A stretch of 64,000 nt of DNA from Macrostomum lignano. Lineage: Eukaryota. The notes under the pieces were generated by a model. That model did no database searches, had not been told where the DNA came from, and saw only the letters and a list, made by a program, of their open reading frames with translations. The stretch covers positions 124,001 through 188,000 of the forward strand of contig NIVC01001183.1 of NCBI GenBank assembly GCA_002269645.1, in the 5' to 3' direction. The translations under genes were made by a program, and so were the position numbers. Positions 61,066-64,000 of this stretch are shown here, piece by piece. How positions within the stretch are numbered: the first letter of the stretch is position 1; the number at the start of each line of letters is the position of its first letter.

Positions 61066-62340
61066 TGGACACAGACAGGGGAACTGAGACAGACACGATG
61101 GACACAGACAGGGGAACTGAGACAGACACGATGGACAGACAGGGGAACTGAGACAGACACGATGGACACAGACAGGGGAACTGAGACAGACACGATGGAC
61201 ACAGACAGGGGAACTGAGACAGACACGATGGACACAGACAGGGGAACTGAGACAGACACGATGGACACAGACAGGGGAACTGAGACAGACACGATGGACA
61301 CAGACAGGGGAACTGAGACAGACACGATGGACACAGACAGGGGAACTGAGACAGACACGATGGACACAGACAGGGGAACTGAGACAGACACGATGGACAC
61401 AGACAGGGGAACTGAGACAGACACGATGGACACAGACAAGATGGACACAGACAGGATGGAAACAGACAAGATGGACACAGACAGGATGGACACAGACAAG
61501 TTGGACACAGACAAGATAGACACAGACAGGATGGACACAGACAGGGGAACTGAGACAGACACGATGGACACAGACAAGATGGACACAGACAGGATGGAAA
61601 CAGACAGGATGGACACAGACAAGATGGACACAGACAGGATGGACACAGACAGGATGGACACAGACAAGATGGACACAGACAAGATGGACACAGACAGGAT
61701 GGAAACAGACAAGATGGACACAGACAGGATGGACACAGACAAGATGGACACAGACAAGATAGACACAGACAGGATGGACACAGACAAGATGGACACAGAC
61801 ACGATGGACACAGACAAGATAGACACAGACAGGATGGACACAGACAAGATGGACACAGACAGGATGGACACAGACAAGATGGACACATACAAGATAGACA
61901 CAGACAAGATGGACACAGACAGGATGGACACAGACAAGATGGACACAGACAGGATGGACACAGACAAGATGGACACAGACAAGATAGACACAGACAGGAT
62001 GGACACAGACAAGATGGACACAGACAGGATGGACACAGACAAGATGGACACATACAAGATAGACACAGACAGGATGGACACAGACAAGATGGACACAGAC
62101 AGGATGGACACAGACAAGATGGACACAGACAGGATGGACACAGACAAGATAGACACAGACAGGATGGACACAGACAAGATGGACACAGACAGGATGGACA
62201 CAGACAAGATAGACACAGACAGGATGGACACAGACAAGATGGACACAGACAGGATGGACACAGACAAGATGGACACAGACAGGATGGACACAGACAAGAT
62301 AGACACAGACAGGATGGAGACAGACACGATGGACATGGAC
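61066..62340. repeat. Two-phase minisatellite (33-bp then 15-bp unit), DDX24 intron 1
   Basis: ATGGACACAGACAGGGGAACTGAGACAGACACG, then ATGGACACAGACARG; abuts the GTAAGT donor. Confidence 0.95.
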
Positions 62341-62346
62341 ACTTAC

Positions 62347-62745
62347 AGTCTCGGCAGCGCCAAGGACGTCCCGCCGGTCGCGCAGCGCGGCAGGAATGGC
62401 CTCCCGTTGAATAGCGGTGGGCTCCGCAAAGCCCAAATCGCGCAGTGCCGCAACAATCTGTTGGCAGACGCCCAAAGACTCCCACATGGACATGTCCAGA
62501 CTGGAATTGGCGCTCTGTTCCGGTTTGGTTTCTTCAGCTGCTGGCTTTTGAATTTCCTGACTCGCAAGATTTCTGCTTTTAGAAGCGGCAGCTGCTTTCT
62601 TTGCCTTCTTGCGCTTTAATTTTAATTTTCTTCGATTTTTATTCTTCTTTGCCTTCTCAATCCCGCCCGGCCGCTGAGGACCTCGAGGCGCAGGTGCTGC
62701 GGCACCCTCAATCTCTTTGACCGGCTTTGATGCCTTCTGCTTCAT
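62347..62745 (-). CDS. DDX24: DDX24/MAK5 DEAD-box RNA helicase exon 1 (basic N-terminus, Q motif)
   Basis: W..LG...IV.AL.DLGF.EPTAIQREAIP...DVLGAAET; ACT|gtaagt donor. Confidence 0.9.
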
Positions 62746-62839
62746 TAAAGTTGATTCGGCAGTTATGCATGCAATTAAATTGCTCTTGAAAATTAAATAG
62801 ACGATAAATGAACCTGACTGCTATTAGTAGCTTAGTATT

Positions 62840-63348
62840 GGCAACCCACTAACAGATCATGAAGGAGGTAGCGGCAACCCACTAAAGGATCAGGGAGGGG
62901 GTAGCGGCAAACCACAAAAGGATCAGGGAGGGGGTAGCGGCAAATCACAAAAGGATCAGGGAGAAGGTAGCGGCAAACCACAAAAGGATCAGGGAGAAGG
63001 TAGCGGCAAACCACAAAAGGATCAGGGAGAAGGTAGCGGCAAACCACAAAAGGATCAGGGAGAAGGTAGCGGCAAACCACAAAAGGATCAGGGAGAAGGT
63101 AGCGGCAAACCACAAAAGGATCAGGGAGAAGGTAGCGGCAACCCACTAAAGGATCAGGGAGGGGGTAGCGGCAACCCACTAAAGGATCAGGGAGGGGGTA
63201 GCGGCAACCCACTAAAGGATCAGGGAGGGGGTAGCGGCAACCCACTAAAGGATCAGGGAGGGGGTAGCGGCAACCCACTAAAGGATCAGGGAGGGGGTAG
63301 CGGCAACCCACTAAAGGATCAGGGAGGGGTAGCGGCAACCCACTAAAT
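62840..63348. repeat. 33-bp minisatellite upstream of the DDX24 ATG
   Basis: Unit AAAGGATCAGGGAGGGGGTAGCGGCAACCCACT. Confidence 0.95.
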
Positions 63349-63839
63349 GACTTAATGAATCAACGTACTAAATATATCTATTAAAAAGCATGACTTGCTT
63401 ACAAAAGATCGTTTCAAAGAGAAGCTCTCAACTCCAAATATGATTGTGTATTTATGAAAGAGCAAAAAATGAAATGAAATGTATGCTACCATTGCTGCAA
63501 ACACACTACCGGTTTAATTAATAAAAACCGACTACAACTGAATATTAATTAACAATACAAAATATTCAAACCGAATGCAACTATCAGTGTCTAAGTGTCA
63601 ATAGATGGATTACAACTATTTAATGAGTTTTCCAAGATAAATTAGGCGAGATGCGAGTCTCAGAGTCAGCTTATCAAACTAATTTGTAGCAAAATAATGC
63701 TTACTTCAGGGGTAGGCTTGCTTTGCAATTAACAACAAAACCTGAAGTGCCGCCTCAAATGTATTTTCAAAGCATTGTACACTTGTGTTACTTGGTCCGC
63801 CCTCCTTGGTGTCAGGCCTCCTGCACTTTATTACTTTTT

Positions 63840-64000
63840 TCTTCCGCTGTCTCATCTCCTCTCTCTCTTCCTTCTCCCCCTGTTTATCCCCCTCTCTCTC
63901 CTATGCCTTCTCCCCCTGTTTCATCCCCTCTCTCTCATCTTCCTTTCCCCCTGTCTCATCCCCTCTCCTCTTTCTTCTCCCTGTGTCTCATCCCCTCTCT
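63840..64000. repeat. Pyrimidine-rich degenerate repeat (runs off the window end)
   Basis: CCCCCTGTYTCATCCCCTCTCT-like units. Confidence 0.75.

Noticed and set aside
60850-62485. Cys-rich, MDTD and VSILS long ORFs, and read-through of ORF 61063-62745
   Set aside because: Array inside DDX24 intron 1; only 62745-62347 is exon (GTAAGT donor, helicase motif I resumes at 61001).

Overview
Eukaryotic (metazoan) genomic DNA with spliced GT-AG genes, not prokaryotic. GC-rich exons with poly-Ala/poly-Gln runs and minisatellite-filled introns suggest a free-living flatworm such as Macrostomum; that assignment is inference. Four genes were recognised by hand splicing and motifs: a PDZRN3/4 (LNX3/4)-family PDZ protein (+, 11875-30053, first coding exon not found), CFAP119/CCDC189 (+, 33095-34846), nocturnin (-, 54107/54038-51709) and the DEAD-box helicase DDX24/MAK5 (-, 62745-56445). 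Two small minus-strand orphan genes (38280-37191 and 46611-44664) share a PAxxLPxFYSR motif, RVxF-type motifs and the same phase-1 intron, so they look like an unrecognised paralog pair. A large part of the window is about 30 different tandem arrays; nearly all long ORFs in the supplied track are artefacts of these. Also present: a tRNA-headed CORE-like SINE, several MITEs and inverted-repeat structures. Best leads: the orphan paralog pair, an operon-like DDX24-to-nocturnin junction, a possible mitochondrial nocturnin N-terminus, a foldback-like inverted pair of 31-bp arrays, and the systematic occupation of introns by arrays. No database searches were run.
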